A stretch of 64,000 nt of DNA from an uncultured cyanobacterium (lineage in GTDB: Bacteria; Cyanobacteriota; Cyanobacteriia; Cyanobacteriales; Cyanobacteriaceae), in contig CAVQBA010000007.1 in the NCBI GenBank assembly GCA_963710605.1, positions 96,001-160,000 of the forward strand, in the 5' to 3' direction. The translations under genes were made by a program, and so were the position numbers. The notes under the pieces were generated by a model. That model did no database searches and was not told the origin of the DNA. It saw nothing but the letters and a program-made list of their open reading frames with translations. Of this stretch, positions 40,177 through 51,400 are shown in pieces; within the stretch, counting starts at the first letter, position 1, and each line of letters begins with the position of its first letter.

Positions 40177-40655
40177 AAAAATAGAAATTGGGTGTTTGGT
40201 ACCAGAAATAGCGGTTAAAGCTGGTATAATTTAATAAATCACGAAGATACTCCTAATAAGTAAGACAGATTAAACAAAAAGGTAATAGAAGCCTAATTAA
40301 TACCGACTTATATAGCAGGAGTAGTCAAGGGAAAAATACCTAAAAATGTCTTTTTAAGAGGCATATTTACTTATTTAAGAAGTAAAAAGGAAAATGTTCC
40401 TATCGTAATATGTATTTTAAAAGTGGAGACTTAATGGAAATTGACCAGATAAAATCTAAAATATTAGATGGTGAAAATAACATTAAGAATAGACAATTAC
40501 TCCACAAACGTTGTCACGACGAGCAGATTGTTAAATACAGCAGTTTGCATTGTCTCCATGACTAGGGTTCTAATCAAAAAGAGTATGGTGAAAGAAAACT
40601 TTCATACCACGTTCTGAAGACAAGTCTAGATAGCGATATCTTAGCTTGGTTTGAC
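40177..40655 (+). pseudogene. Decayed 3' portion of a group II intron (maturase/HNH remnant plus domains V and VI)
   Basis: KNRNWVFGT; LFKK*KGKCSY..MYFKSGDLMEIDQI...QLLHKRCHD; DV-like 40580-40615; DVI-like hairpin ending TTTGAC. Confidence 0.75.
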
Positions 40656-40695
40656 CCCAATTATAACCGCTCAACTTTAATTAGGAAAAATATTG

Positions 40696-41613
40696 ATGCC
40701 TAAAATCGGCGTAATCTACAATGATATTAAGCCTATTGCTTGTCAGGTAGCTAAAGACTTGCAAATAGAATTAGAACAAAAAGGTTATCAGGTTGTGTTA
40801 GGTACGGGTATGGCAGGTATTTTAGGCTATTCTCGTGGCGATCGTCCTGTTTGTTTTACAGCGATCGATCAAATTGCGACTTTTGGATTCGATGCCGAAA
40901 TGGAGTGTGCGATCGTATTAGGTGGTGACGGTACTGTTTTGTCCGCCGCTAGGCAAGTTGCCCCTTATAATATCCCTCTTTTATCTATCAACACAGGACA
41001 TTTAGGTTTTCTGACTGAATTATATCTTAATCAATTATCTACAGGAATCGAAGCTTTACTTGCTCAAGATTATCAAATCGAAAATCGTTCTTTGATGAGA
41101 GTACAAGTATATCGTGATCAATCTTTGTTATGGGAAGCATTATGTTTGAATGAAGCTGTAATTCATAGAGAACCATTAACCAGTATGTGTCACTTTGAAA
41201 TTACAATAGGTAATCATGCTTCTGTAGATATAGCCGCAGATGGTGTGATTTTATCGACTCCGACAGGTTCAACTGCTTATTCTTTGAGTGCGGGAGGTCC
41301 CGTTGTTACCCCCGATGTGCCTGTGTTTCAATTAGCCCCTATTTGCCCTCATTCTCTTTCATCTCGGGCATTAGTTTTTAGTGATAAGGAATCGGTAGTT
41401 ATTAATCCTGCTACTCGTAATCAAATGGTGTTGATTGTTGATGGTAATGCAGGTTGTTATATTTTACCTGATGATAAAATTATGATCAAACGATCGCCAC
41501 ATGATGCTCAGTTTATCCGTTTACAATCACCTGAATTTTTCCGTTTACTACGAGAAAAACTAGGCTGGGGATTACCTCATACTGCTAAACCCACTTCGGT
41601 TGAATTACCATAG
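40696..41613 (+). CDS. nadK: NAD(+) kinase
   Basis: [26 protein letters not shown]. Confidence 0.95.
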   Translation: MPKIGVIYNDIKPIACQVAKDLQIELEQKGYQVVLGTGMAGILGYSRGDRPVCFTAIDQIATFGFDAEMECAIVLGGDGTVLSAARQVAPYNIPLLSINTGHLGFLTELYLNQLSTGIEALLAQDYQIENRSLMRVQVYRDQSLLWEALCLNEAVIHREPLTSMCHFEITIGNHASVDIAADGVILSTPTGSTAYSLSAGGPVVTPDVPVFQLAPICPHSLSSRALVFSDKESVVINPATRNQMVLIVDGNAGCYILPDDKIMIKRSPHDAQFIRLQSPEFFRLLREKLGWGLPHTAKPTSVELP

Positions 41614-41855
41614 ATTAGAATATTAGTTTTTCAGTAAAAAAAAGCTGAGTCAATATCACCTCTAATTTTTTCAAATCAAGTTAAAATTCTGATGGTGATC
41701 TATTTCAATTTTAGTTGAGATAAAATGTTTAGTAGAAAGAGTTGTCAAATAATCGTTAAAATATACAGATATTTTGTCACAATCACTGATATAATCACAA
41801 AAATTATTGCTATTTTTTGTCCCTGATTTTTCTTTTAAAAATAAACTAACTAAGA

Positions 41856-43541
41856 ATGACGATCGCTAACTCTAATAAAACTAATATCAGTCTAATTTTG
41901 TTAGATGAAGATCCTATTTTTACACTAGGATTAAAAGAGATTTGTAAGAGCGAAGAATATACCGATGTTAATATCACCGCTACAGGTAAAGTCAAAGATA
42001 TATACAGCTTAATTAAACGATATCAAGTTGATTTATGGGTTGTTGCTTTAGACTTCGATCGATTTTCTACTTTAGCCAACAAATTTATTAATTCAATACC
42101 TAAACTAACTCAAGAATATCCACAGCTAAATTTAGTGATTATTGTTAATCCTGAAAGTTTTGTCAATGATTTTCAACAGATAACGATGATTAAAGGATGT
42201 TGTTATAAATATACTGATATTGATGAATTAATTAATACATTTAGAGTTTGTGCTAGAGGAGAAATTTATTTTAGTACCTCAAATATCTCAACATCTAAAA
42301 ATCGCCGTTTTAATACTTGGTTTTGTAATCAATGTAATATCGGCATCAACCAAATTAGTAATCAGATAAACGAACTAAATAGTTACACTAAAAGCCAGCA
42401 ATTAGCCACGATCGATTTAATTTATTGGCAAGGAAGAAAAAGAGAATTAAAACTAACAAAATGGTTAATAGAAAAAGCGTTACCCAAAAATAGATTAAAT
42501 TTACCAGAAGACTTATCTAACAACTCTATATCATTACAAAAACAACCTTCAGAAGCAGAAAAATTAGTCAATACTGATACTGATAATAGTCAGATAATTT
42601 TAAGCGATCAACCATTTAGTACCTATAATTTTGCTTTAGCAAAAATAAATAATTCTTTAATAAATTTGACAGGTAAAATCCAAGAAACTGATATTTTAAA
42701 ACCGACGAAAAAAAAAGAATTATTTATCACGATTTTGCAACAATGGTATCAGCTAATTGCCGAGCTTAAAAATAATAATGTTAGCGATTTAGAATTGATA
42801 AAAAATGTTAATAGTGAAGTATTTATTAAGCAATTATATCAAGATTTACTTAGTCTTTTTTTGGGTAATATAATTGAAGAAAAAGCAGTAATTAAATATC
42901 AACCATCAACGATTTTACCAGAAAATATTAACTTAAATGTTTATGATTTGGAAAAAATATATTTTTGGGAAGAATTGATTTTATATCAGGTATTAGAGAG
43001 AGACTTTTTAGTTGATGATCAAATTTATCAATATGGTTCAGAAGAAGCTCAAGAAATAGAAGCGATAGTCTTAGAAAACTTAATTATTTCGATCGCTAAC
43101 TATATGATGCAATATGTTTTAAATAACTTTTACGATAATCTCAACCTCAAAGATAAATTATTTGAAAAAGAACTAAAATCATCAAGAAAAGTAGCAATGT
43201 TTCGTAACAACCTAGATTGGAAATATCGACAAGAAAAATATTGGCGTAATCCAACTAATATCTTTGAAGACAAATACGAAATGCTAAAATTTACTTATCG
43301 AGGCATGGAAATAATCAAAATTCATCATTCTCGGCATCTAGAATTAAACCAAATACGAGGTATCCCTTGGCTAGTAACAATTTTGATTGAATTACGAGAT
43401 AGCCTTGCTCGTGGAGTGAGAGCCTTTGGAGATACCCTCGGACAAATAATAGTCTATTTGTTAACCGAAGTAATTGGTAGGGGAATTGGACTAATTGGTA
43501 AAGGCATACTTCAGGGTATAGGCAGTAGAATAAAAAATTAG
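41856..43541 (+). CDS. ycf55: Ycf55/DUF3685 protein with degenerate receiver domain
   Basis: LLDEDPIFTLGL N-terminus; C-terminal IGRGIGLIGKGILQG. Confidence 0.8.
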   Translation: MTIANSNKTNISLILLDEDPIFTLGLKEICKSEEYTDVNITATGKVKDIYSLIKRYQVDLWVVALDFDRFSTLANKFINSIPKLTQEYPQLNLVIIVNPESFVNDFQQITMIKGCCYKYTDIDELINTFRVCARGEIYFSTSNISTSKNRRFNTWFCNQCNIGINQISNQINELNSYTKSQQLATIDLIYWQGRKRELKLTKWLIEKALPKNRLNLPEDLSNNSISLQKQPSEAEKLVNTDTDNSQIILSDQPFSTYNFALAKINNSLINLTGKIQETDILKPTKKKELFITILQQWYQLIAELKNNNVSDLELIKNVNSEVFIKQLYQDLLSLFLGNIIEEKAVIKYQPSTILPENINLNVYDLEKIYFWEELILYQVLERDFLVDDQIYQYGSEEAQEIEAIVLENLIISIANYMMQYVLNNFYDNLNLKDKLFEKELKSSRKVAMFRNNLDWKYRQEKYWRNPTNIFEDKYEMLKFTYRGMEIIKIHHSRHLELNQIRGIPWLVTILIELRDSLARGVRAFGDTLGQIIVYLLTEVIGRGIGLIGKGILQGIGSRIKN

Positions 43542-43586
43542 AGCAATTATTGTTTATATTTAACAAATACTTCAAGGAATTACAGA

Positions 43587-45479
43587 ATGAAGAATATTGA
43601 TCAAGGTAGAAGAAAGAAAAAAAATCAACGTCATAAACTACTAAATTTATTAGCAGGTACTTTGCTTTTTGGGCAAACACTTTTAGGTGGTGGTAGTATC
43701 CTTGCCCAAGACAAAGAGAGTGATTATAGCTATAGTGATCTTTTAAAAGGAATCGATGCAGGAAATGTTGAAAGAATTGTTTCTGATCCTTCGACCAATG
43801 TTGCTAAAGTTTATTTAAAAGGGGGCGATGAAAAAAATCCTGAAAGAGTTGCTCTGTTTTATCAAAACCCTGAATTAATTAAAACTATTAGAGAAAAAGA
43901 TATTGAATTTGTAGTTGATTCCTCGGTGGAGAAAACTACAGCCGTTATCAATATGATTCAAGTGGGTATTTTGTTGATGTTGATTTTGGGTTTGTTTTTA
44001 CTTATCAAACGAAGTGCTAACAGTGCCGCAGGAGCGATGAATTTTGGTAAATCACGAGCCAAATTCCAAATGGAGGCGGCGACTGGTGTTGGCTTTAATG
44101 ATGTGGCAGGAATTGAAGAAGCAAAGGAAGAATTAGAAGAGGTAGTTACTTTTCTGAAAAATCCTGAAAAATTTACCGCTATTGGTGCAAGAATTCCTCG
44201 TGGTGTCTTGTTAGTAGGACCTCCAGGGACTGGTAAAACTTTACTAGCTAAAGCGATCGCCGGGGAAGCACAAGTGCCTTTTTTCAGTATTTCTGGTTCG
44301 GAATTTGTTGAGATGTTTGTTGGAGTTGGTGCTTCTCGTGTGCGAGATTTATTCCGCAAAGCTAAAGAAAGTGCTCCTTGTCTCATCTTTATTGATGAAA
44401 TTGATGCGGTTGGCAGACAAAGGGGTTCGGGTTATGGCGGTGGTAACGATGAACGAGAACAAACTTTAAATCAGTTGTTAACAGAAATGGATGGTTTTGA
44501 GGGTAATACGGGGATTATCGTTATTGCGGCGACTAACCGCCCTGATGTACTTGATAGTGCCTTGCTTCGCCCTGGTAGATTCGATCGACAAGTGTTAGTT
44601 GATTACCCTGATTTAGATGGGCGTTACTCCATTTTGCAAGTTCATGCCAATGACAAAAAAGTTGATCAAGAAGTTAGTTTACATACCATTGCTAAACGTA
44701 CACCCGGTTTTTCAGGAGCAGACTTAGCTAATTTACTTAATGAGGCGGCTATTTTGACGGCGAGAAGAAGAAAAGACGCTATTACTATGTTAGAGATAGA
44801 TCAAGCGATCGATCGAGTTATAGCAGGCATGGAAGGTGTACCATTAGTAGATAGTAAAAGTAAACGTCTAATTGCTTATCATGAAGTTGGTCATGCGATT
44901 ATTGGTACTATTACCCAAGGTCACGATCGTGTTGAGAAAGTTACATTGATACCCAGAGGGCAAGCCGCTGGATTAACTTGGTTTACTCCTGATGAAGAGC
45001 AAGGATTGATTTCTCGTAGCCAACTTTATGCTCGTATTACTGGTTTGTTAGGCGGAAGAGCGGCAGAAGAAGTCGTTTTTGGTCATGATGAAGTAACTAT
45101 CGGTGCAAGTAATGACATTGAAAAAGTAACTAGTCTTACTCGTCAGATGGTAACTAAATATGGAATGTCTGATCTTGGTCCCTTAGCTTTAGAAGGTAGT
45201 CAGCAACCAATCTTTATCGGTGGAGAATCGGGTAATCATTCAGAATATTCTCAAGATATAGCGGCAAAGATTGATGAGCAAATAAGAACGATCGTTTTTG
45301 GTTGTTATGAGAATGCAAAACAAATCATCCGTGAGAATAAAGCTGTGGTTGATTATTTAGTTGATCTTTTAATCGAACAAGAAACGATCGACGGTGATAC
45401 TTTTCGCAAAATTGTGGAAAAATATTTAGCCCAATCCCCTGTCTTGACAAAATCACCAGTATTAACAAAAATAGTTTAA
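43587..45479 (+). CDS. ftsH: ATP-dependent zinc metalloprotease FtsH
   Basis: [30 protein letters not shown]. Confidence 0.97.
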   Translation: MKNIDQGRRKKKNQRHKLLNLLAGTLLFGQTLLGGGSILAQDKESDYSYSDLLKGIDAGNVERIVSDPSTNVAKVYLKGGDEKNPERVALFYQNPELIKTIREKDIEFVVDSSVEKTTAVINMIQVGILLMLILGLFLLIKRSANSAAGAMNFGKSRAKFQMEAATGVGFNDVAGIEEAKEELEEVVTFLKNPEKFTAIGARIPRGVLLVGPPGTGKTLLAKAIAGEAQVPFFSISGSEFVEMFVGVGASRVRDLFRKAKESAPCLIFIDEIDAVGRQRGSGYGGGNDEREQTLNQLLTEMDGFEGNTGIIVIAATNRPDVLDSALLRPGRFDRQVLVDYPDLDGRYSILQVHANDKKVDQEVSLHTIAKRTPGFSGADLANLLNEAAILTARRRKDAITMLEIDQAIDRVIAGMEGVPLVDSKSKRLIAYHEVGHAIIGTITQGHDRVEKVTLIPRGQAAGLTWFTPDEEQGLISRSQLYARITGLLGGRAAEEVVFGHDEVTIGASNDIEKVTSLTRQMVTKYGMSDLGPLALEGSQQPIFIGGESGNHSEYSQDIAAKIDEQIRTIVFGCYENAKQIIRENKAVVDYLVDLLIEQETIDGDTFRKIVEKYLAQSPVLTKSPVLTKIV

Positions 45480-45509
45480 TCTTATTTCAAACTAAATATT
45501 CAATAATAA

Positions 45510-45541
45510 TAGGGTGCAATTAAATTTTTCTTTGCACCCTT
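45510..45541. terminator. Hairpin after ftsH
   Basis: AGGGTGCAA/TTGCACCCT 9-bp stem between convergent genes; no clear U tract. Confidence 0.4.
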
Positions 45542-45614
45542 AGATCGATCGTTTCTTTAAATTTTTATGATGAGCAATACTTATTATCTGTTGTCTATCT
45601 GGAAATCGTAGCAA

Positions 45615-45899
45615 CTAATTAGCATTAGCTAGATCGTAACCTGCATCTGTAAAATAATCTTGTTTGAATCTAGGTAAATAATTTTGATCATGTTCTAAAT
45701 TAAAGACGATCGGTGTCGAGACTTCGGCTACTAAAACCATTGTTTGCGGATCGATTATCTTACCCCAATGAGACAGACTGTTATAAAATCCTTTTAATCC
45801 ACCTACTAATTCCACAGCTTTAGCCGAAGAATCGTCTAAGATTTTATCGATGTATTTTTGATCGATTTTGGTTTGTTGTTTTTTGATCTCTAATTTCAT
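45615..45899 (-). CDS. Hypothetical protein, possibly a fragment
   Basis: 94-aa ORF, no confident family. Confidence 0.4.
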   Translation of the reverse strand: MKLEIKKQQTKIDQKYIDKILDDSSAKAVELVGGLKGFYNSLSHWGKIIDPQTMVLVAEVSTPIVFNLEHDQNYLPRFKQDYFTDAGYDLANAN

Positions 45900-46099
45900 T
45901 TTTATTCTGTATCTTTTACTACACCTTCTCTAATATAGTATAAATTGATACCGAATGTTGTGTATTTTTATGTACGGTTTCCACGATCGTCAAGTTAAAT
46001 GATTAGGAATTAACAACAGAGAATTATTCACTATTAGGTTTTAGGTTTTAGAAATAAAAGAGGAAGGAGTATTAATTGCTAATTCCTAATTACTAACTG

Positions 46100-47515
46100 C
46101 TAATTTTCCACTGTTATCTGTTCACCATTTACTGTTGGAGTAGATTGTACAAGTAAAGTTAAACCAGCGGCGATAACTAAGAAAACACCACCTAAAACAA
46201 CTGCCATCAGCCGATTATCATTGAGTAGATAATTCATCACCCAACCAAAACATAGAGATACAGCAATTTCAGGTAAAACAATAAAAAAGTTAAATATTCC
46301 TTGATAGATACCTCGACGTTGAGGGGGAATTGAGCCTGTAAGCATCGCATAAGGCATTACTAAGGCACTTGCCCAAGCGACACCAAAACCAACCATTACA
46401 ATTAAAAGTAAATATTTATTAGTGATAAAAAGTAACGAAATTAAACTGATTCCACCACAAAGTAAAGACAGAGAATGAGTAGTTTGACGACCAATTTTTT
46501 GACCTAGATAGGGTAAGACAAAAGAAAAACCAATACAAACAGCATTAAACACAGCAAAACAAATACCTGCCCATTCAATTCCTTCACTATAAACGATCGA
46601 ATCTTGAGTTAATGCCCCAAAAATATTTCGGGCTACAGCAGGAGGAAAATAAAGGAAAAAACAAAATATACCCAACCAAGTAAAAAACTGTACCTTTGCC
46701 AACTGACTCATTATCGGCGGCATTTGTTTGAGTGCATACCAACTTTCACGGATGCTACTTGTTATCCCTCCTCTTTCTTGTTTTAAAACCTCAAATTTAT
46801 CTAAATCGGCGGGAGGATACTCAGGGGTTGTCACCACCGTCCAAATTACTGTACCTAAAAAAAGTATTGCTCCTAGATAAAAAGAATACTCTACAGTAAG
46901 AGGAATAGTATGAACCGAATCACTAGTATTTTGTACCGAGAAAAGATGACTTAAAATCCAAGGTAAAGCCGAAGCACAAACCGCACCCATCCCCACCATA
47001 ATACTTTGAAGAGCAAATCCTTTTGTTCTTTGTTCTTTCGGTAACAAATCGCCGACAAATGCCCGAAAAGGCACCATACTTACATTAGCACTAGTATCTA
47101 ATATCCATAATAAAACTGCCGCCATTGCTAAATTAGAAGAGCGAGGCATAAAGATTAAAGCAAAAGCCGCTAAAATTGCTCCACCTAGAAAATAAGGTCT
47201 TCTTCTACCTAACCAAGTCCATGTATAATCGCTCAAGTTACCAATAATAGGTTGTACAATCAAACCCGTTAATGGTGCGGCTATCCATAAAATCGGTAAC
47301 TGATGGGCATCTGCACCTAAATATTCAAAAATAGCACTCATATTCGCCATTTGTAGCCCCCATCCAAACTGAATACCTAAAAAACCAATATTCATATTCC
47401 ATAGCTGTAATAAGCTAAATAAAGGTTTTTGGGAGGCTGAATTTAAGTCGGGTGCTGATTCTTCTACTTGATTAATTGATGTTTCTTGAGTATTCATGCA
47501 GTTGTTTATGAGCAA
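46100..47515 (-). CDS. MFS sugar transporter (sucrose/maltose-like)
   Basis: GFLGIQFGWGLQ, LGRRRPY, about 12 TM. Confidence 0.9.
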   Translation of the reverse strand: MLINNCMNTQETSINQVEESAPDLNSASQKPLFSLLQLWNMNIGFLGIQFGWGLQMANMSAIFEYLGADAHQLPILWIAAPLTGLIVQPIIGNLSDYTWTWLGRRRPYFLGGAILAAFALIFMPRSSNLAMAAVLLWILDTSANVSMVPFRAFVGDLLPKEQRTKGFALQSIMVGMGAVCASALPWILSHLFSVQNTSDSVHTIPLTVEYSFYLGAILFLGTVIWTVVTTPEYPPADLDKFEVLKQERGGITSSIRESWYALKQMPPIMSQLAKVQFFTWLGIFCFFLYFPPAVARNIFGALTQDSIVYSEGIEWAGICFAVFNAVCIGFSFVLPYLGQKIGRQTTHSLSLLCGGISLISLLFITNKYLLLIVMVGFGVAWASALVMPYAMLTGSIPPQRRGIYQGIFNFFIVLPEIAVSLCFGWVMNYLLNDNRLMAVVLGGVFLVIAAGLTLLVQSTPTVNGEQITVEN

Positions 47516-47700
47516 TTAATATTCAATCAGCTCAATTGTAAGGTTTTTCTTAGGAATATTTATTTTATCAACAATTTTTAAACTTAACATATTTTAATAA
47601 TTACTTATTTACTGAAGGAGGAAAAATCTAAATATTTAATTCTTAATTCTCAATTAGATCTTTATCTGGTATAGTTAAACAAAATTTTTGAGGATGAAGA

Positions 47701-48060
47701 ATGACCAATATAGAATCGATTATTGATACTTATGTTTTGGGTTGGAATAGCAATAATTCTGAACAAAGAAAAGAGTTAATGAAGCAAGTTTTAACTCAAG
47801 ATTGTCTTTACTTTGATTCTCATTTACCTGAGCCGACTGAAGGTAAGGATTTACATTGCCAATTTATCGATCGTTTTCGGTCAAAGTTTGATGATTTAAG
47901 TTTGAAATTAACTTCTACCCCTACTACTCATCACGGTTATTTTCGTTTTACATGGCAAATGGTGAAGGCTGATCAAAGTATTTTTGTTCAAGGTAACTTT
48001 TTCGGTGAGTTAGATCAAGAAGATAAAATTACTAAGTTAGTTGGTTTTGTCGATAGTTAG
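47701..48060 (+). CDS. SnoaL/NTF2-like protein
   Basis: Size and pattern Y..GWN...RFTW...KITKLVGF. Confidence 0.65.
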   Translation: MTNIESIIDTYVLGWNSNNSEQRKELMKQVLTQDCLYFDSHLPEPTEGKDLHCQFIDRFRSKFDDLSLKLTSTPTTHHGYFRFTWQMVKADQSIFVQGNFFGELDQEDKITKLVGFVDS

Positions 48061-48202
48061 TTAACCTTAATTAGGTTTAAGAATTACTAATTTTGAATCA
48101 GTTTTAGGTAATGGAGAATGGAGATGAATTCTTGCTCTTCGAGCAATTATTCGAGGAGAATTAAAAATGATTGTTATACTTTTAACTTTTAACTTTTAAC
48201 TA

Positions 48203-50653
48203 TTAGTTGTCTCTTTTAATACCATCAACTACTGGTGTAATACCTGTTCCTCCCTCAAAAGGGGCAGAATTGCCATCCCAATTAAAGTCACTAATTTGGA
48301 AATTGATTGAGCCAATTTCTAACACAGGATTGTAACGTAAGATTACATTGTAAGTGCGACGGCTGTATTCAAGAAAATAATCAGTACTAATTTCTTCGCT
48401 ATTATCGATACTATAAAATGTTTGTAAACCAGCTCTAAATGGTCCATACAATTGCTGAGTCAACCCTGCTGATAATACTTGAGAATCGACAGCTCGATCG
48501 AATAAAAAGGGTGATTCGTCCCCGATAATTCCTTGACTAAAACTAAGATTAAAACCTGTATAATCGAAAAATGGACGAGAAAAATAACCAAATTGTCCTT
48601 CTAAGCCAATAGTCGCTGTCAAATTAGGTTGATTATCTCCATTGCTGTAATAACTAGCTACACCTGTCAAATTTGTATTTAGCCTTAAATAAGGTGCAAC
48701 AGGAGTAGAAGTATATTTTAAACCTTCTTCAGCAGTGGCAGGTAATGGTTCACTTGACCATAATAAGAAATTACCACTGATTAAAGCGGCGGCTTGATAA
48801 CGTGTGAGATTGGTTAAATTATCATCTCGAATAGGCTCTAATAATTCAACTCGATCGGTATCAGCAAGAACATTTTGAATTGAGCCTTGATATTGAATAT
48901 TAAAACGAGTATTGCCAATGGGGATATAAGGTGAAGAAATTACCGCCCCAAAACTTTGTTGTACCGTTCTAAATCCTAACGAACCATTAAAAAGTCGATC
49001 TCGATAGTTGTATTGTAAACTTAGATTGTATGGTGCGGATAAATCACCTACTTTTTGGTTTAATCTAATTGTGGCACGTAAACGATCGTCAATATTATCA
49101 AAATCTAAGCCAGTCAAATTACCAATCGCTCTTAGATTAGTACGTTCTGAAAAATTAGCTTCTAGTCTGCTAACCAAACCATAACTTGAGCCACTTAATA
49201 AACTACCATCGTCATCTTCCTCATCTTCATCGGGAAAAAATGCTCTTTGAAGTAAAATTTGTGGTGTTAAAGAAAAGAAAAAGTTTTCGTTGCTATAAAT
49301 ATCAAATTCTCTTTCGATATATAATCCGCCTAAATCTTCACCATCAAAACCAATGGTAAATAAACCCGGATTTCGCTCACGACGATCGAATACTAAACGG
49401 TTACGAAAAATAGGTATCGAAAAACCTTGGTCGAATACTAACCGAGAATTAGTTGTTACTAACTCATCTCTCAAAGGAGATATTTTGGTTAGATAAGCAG
49501 TATCAGCTCTAATTTCAAATTCAGGAGGAGAAAAAGGATCATTTGTAATTCTAATATTAACTGCTTCCCAACCATCGCTATCAAAATTTACTTTTTCAGC
49601 TTGAAAACGAAAACGATTAATTTTTCCTCCAGTGGCATTAGTGCTATTTCGATTTCTGCCTGATTGTTCTAAAATTGCTAACTCTCTCACACTTCCTACC
49701 ACAAAGCTATAACCACCTTCAGAAACGACTCTTCTTAATGGTTGATTCACTTGTAGTTGAGAAGTTAGTGGTTGTGATTGAATCGGATTATTATTATTTT
49801 CAAAATCAGTATCTTGATTCAAACTTGGTTGATATATTTCTCCACTAGCGTTAAAAATAACTCCTTTATCTTCGACAAAATAATACTCAAATCGATCGCC
49901 TTTGAGTAATTGCTCTCCTCTTTGTAAATTAACATTATCTTGAGCTACTGCTACTCTATCTACTAAATTTACTAATACTTGATCAGCAATTAAAATACCA
50001 TTAGCAAAACGAATAACAACATTTCCTTTCGCTCTAATAATTTGTTCTCGATCTAAATATTCCTGCTCGTCTGCTAAAATTTCGACTACATTTAGAGGTG
50101 TTTCAATCTGATTATTAATTGTTTCTTCTTCTATGTTATTTTCTAAATCTTGGTTATCTTCTTCCTCTGTGTTATTTTCCAAATCTTGGTTATCTTCTTC
50201 CTCTATAATCGGTTCTATAATCAAATCATCTTGAACCAATTTAAATTTTTGAGAATCTACCTCAAATTTAAAATGACGAATCTTGCCTTGACGAGTTTTA
50301 GTGACTAAAATACGATCGCCCATCGCCGTTTCTTTAACACGATCGGGTTTTTTCCAGTTAACCGACGATTGAGACTGTTCTAAATTGGATGTTTCTTCAT
50401 TTACTGTTATTGGTTGCCCTAAAGATTCAGCCGTCGTATTTGGATCGATAGGATGTTCGATCGTGATTGGGATGTTTTCTGGTGACAAGGAAGAATCAGC
50501 AATAATCAACGGTGGATTTTGAGGCTCATCTACTCTATCTTCTGCCAAAATAAGAGACGATCGATTTTCGTCCGTAGTCGAACGCTCTTCAATTAATGAA
50601 GCATCAGCAGGTAGAGAAATTAAAATACTACTTAAAATAGGTATCATCATCAC
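48203..50653 (-). CDS. DUF3769 / LptD(OstA)-like outer membrane protein
   Basis: OstA-like AKGNVVIRF, RITNDPFSPP, beta-rich C-terminus; internal (EEEDNQDLENN)x2. Confidence 0.8.
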   Translation of the reverse strand: MMMIPILSSILISLPADASLIEERSTTDENRSSLILAEDRVDEPQNPPLIIADSSLSPENIPITIEHPIDPNTTAESLGQPITVNEETSNLEQSQSSVNWKKPDRVKETAMGDRILVTKTRQGKIRHFKFEVDSQKFKLVQDDLIIEPIIEEEDNQDLENNTEEEDNQDLENNIEEETINNQIETPLNVVEILADEQEYLDREQIIRAKGNVVIRFANGILIADQVLVNLVDRVAVAQDNVNLQRGEQLLKGDRFEYYFVEDKGVIFNASGEIYQPSLNQDTDFENNNNPIQSQPLTSQLQVNQPLRRVVSEGGYSFVVGSVRELAILEQSGRNRNSTNATGGKINRFRFQAEKVNFDSDGWEAVNIRITNDPFSPPEFEIRADTAYLTKISPLRDELVTTNSRLVFDQGFSIPIFRNRLVFDRRERNPGLFTIGFDGEDLGGLYIEREFDIYSNENFFFSLTPQILLQRAFFPDEDEEDDDGSLLSGSSYGLVSRLEANFSERTNLRAIGNLTGLDFDNIDDRLRATIRLNQKVGDLSAPYNLSLQYNYRDRLFNGSLGFRTVQQSFGAVISSPYIPIGNTRFNIQYQGSIQNVLADTDRVELLEPIRDDNLTNLTRYQAAALISGNFLLWSSEPLPATAEEGLKYTSTPVAPYLRLNTNLTGVASYYSNGDNQPNLTATIGLEGQFGYFSRPFFDYTGFNLSFSQGIIGDESPFLFDRAVDSQVLSAGLTQQLYGPFRAGLQTFYSIDNSEEISTDYFLEYSRRTYNVILRYNPVLEIGSINFQISDFNWDGNSAPFEGGTGITPVVDGIKRDN

Positions 50654-50829
50654 CGAATTGATTTTTAGCTAAATGGGTAGTCAACGAAATAATTGGTTCA
50701 CCAGAATAATTGACAATAATTAAACATTAACAAGTATAGACGATTGTAATTGATAATTGATAATACTATACTTGATACCCGCCTTATCGATATACTAAGA
50801 TCTATAATCTATTTTTTCTTTCTTTCAAT

Positions 50830-50867
50830 CCCCCTCCTTCGGAAGGAGGGGTTAGGGGTGGTTGATA
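50830..50867 (-). repeat. REP-like unit left of the DUF559 gene
   Basis: CCCCTCCTTCGGAAGGAGGGGTTAGGGGTGGTTGATA, inverted to 51308-51344. Confidence 0.85.
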
Positions 50868-50912
50868 CCTTGACAAGCAGGGGCTAGGCGTGGTTACTAT
50901 AGACAAAAAAAA

Positions 50913-51305
50913 ATGAGTGATAAATCAGCTAAAGAGACACCATCATATAAATTAGTTAGTAACCTTAAACAGAAAAGAAAATTAAGACGATCGTTACGCA
51001 ACAACGCCACACAAGCCGAACAAATACTTTGGAAATCGATACAAGGGAAAAAACTAGATGGTTTTAAATTCAGGAGACAAAACTCGATCGATCGATACAT
51101 ATTAGACTTTTTTTGTCCTGGTGCTAATTTAGCGATCGAATTAGATGGTGACACTCATTATACTGACGAAGCGATCGAATACGATCGAATTAGGGATGAA
51201 TACTTGCAAGCAGTAGGAATTAAAGTGATTCGTTATCCCAATCATCAAGTACTTGAAAATCTAGATGGTGTTTTAGAAGATATACGCAAATATTTACCAA
51301 TTTAA
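50913..51305 (+). CDS. DUF559 (Vsr-like) endonuclease domain protein
   Basis: T.AEQILW, KFRRQ, YILDF, IELDG..H, YD..RD. Confidence 0.92.
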   Translation: MSDKSAKETPSYKLVSNLKQKRKLRRSLRNNATQAEQILWKSIQGKKLDGFKFRRQNSIDRYILDFFCPGANLAIELDGDTHYTDEAIEYDRIRDEYLQAVGIKVIRYPNHQVLENLDGVLEDIRKYLPI

Positions 51306-51307
51306 AT

Positions 51308-51344
51308 TATCAACCACCCCCAGCCCCTCCTTCAAAGGAGGGGA
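51308..51344 (+). repeat. REP-like unit right of the DUF559 gene
   Basis: TATCAACCACCCCCAGCCCCTCCTTCAAAGGAGGGG. Confidence 0.85.
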
Positions 51345-51400
51345 GTAGTTCTTCTTTTAATAAATAATATCTCAATAATTTTCACCTTTAACTAACTAAT

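Noticed and set aside
45432-45470. SPVLTK duplication at the FtsH C-terminus
   Set aside because: Trivial 18-bp duplication in a variable tail
45615-45899. dUTPase fragment (DAGYDL)
   Set aside because: Only one short motif at the very end; other dUTPase motifs not found downstream
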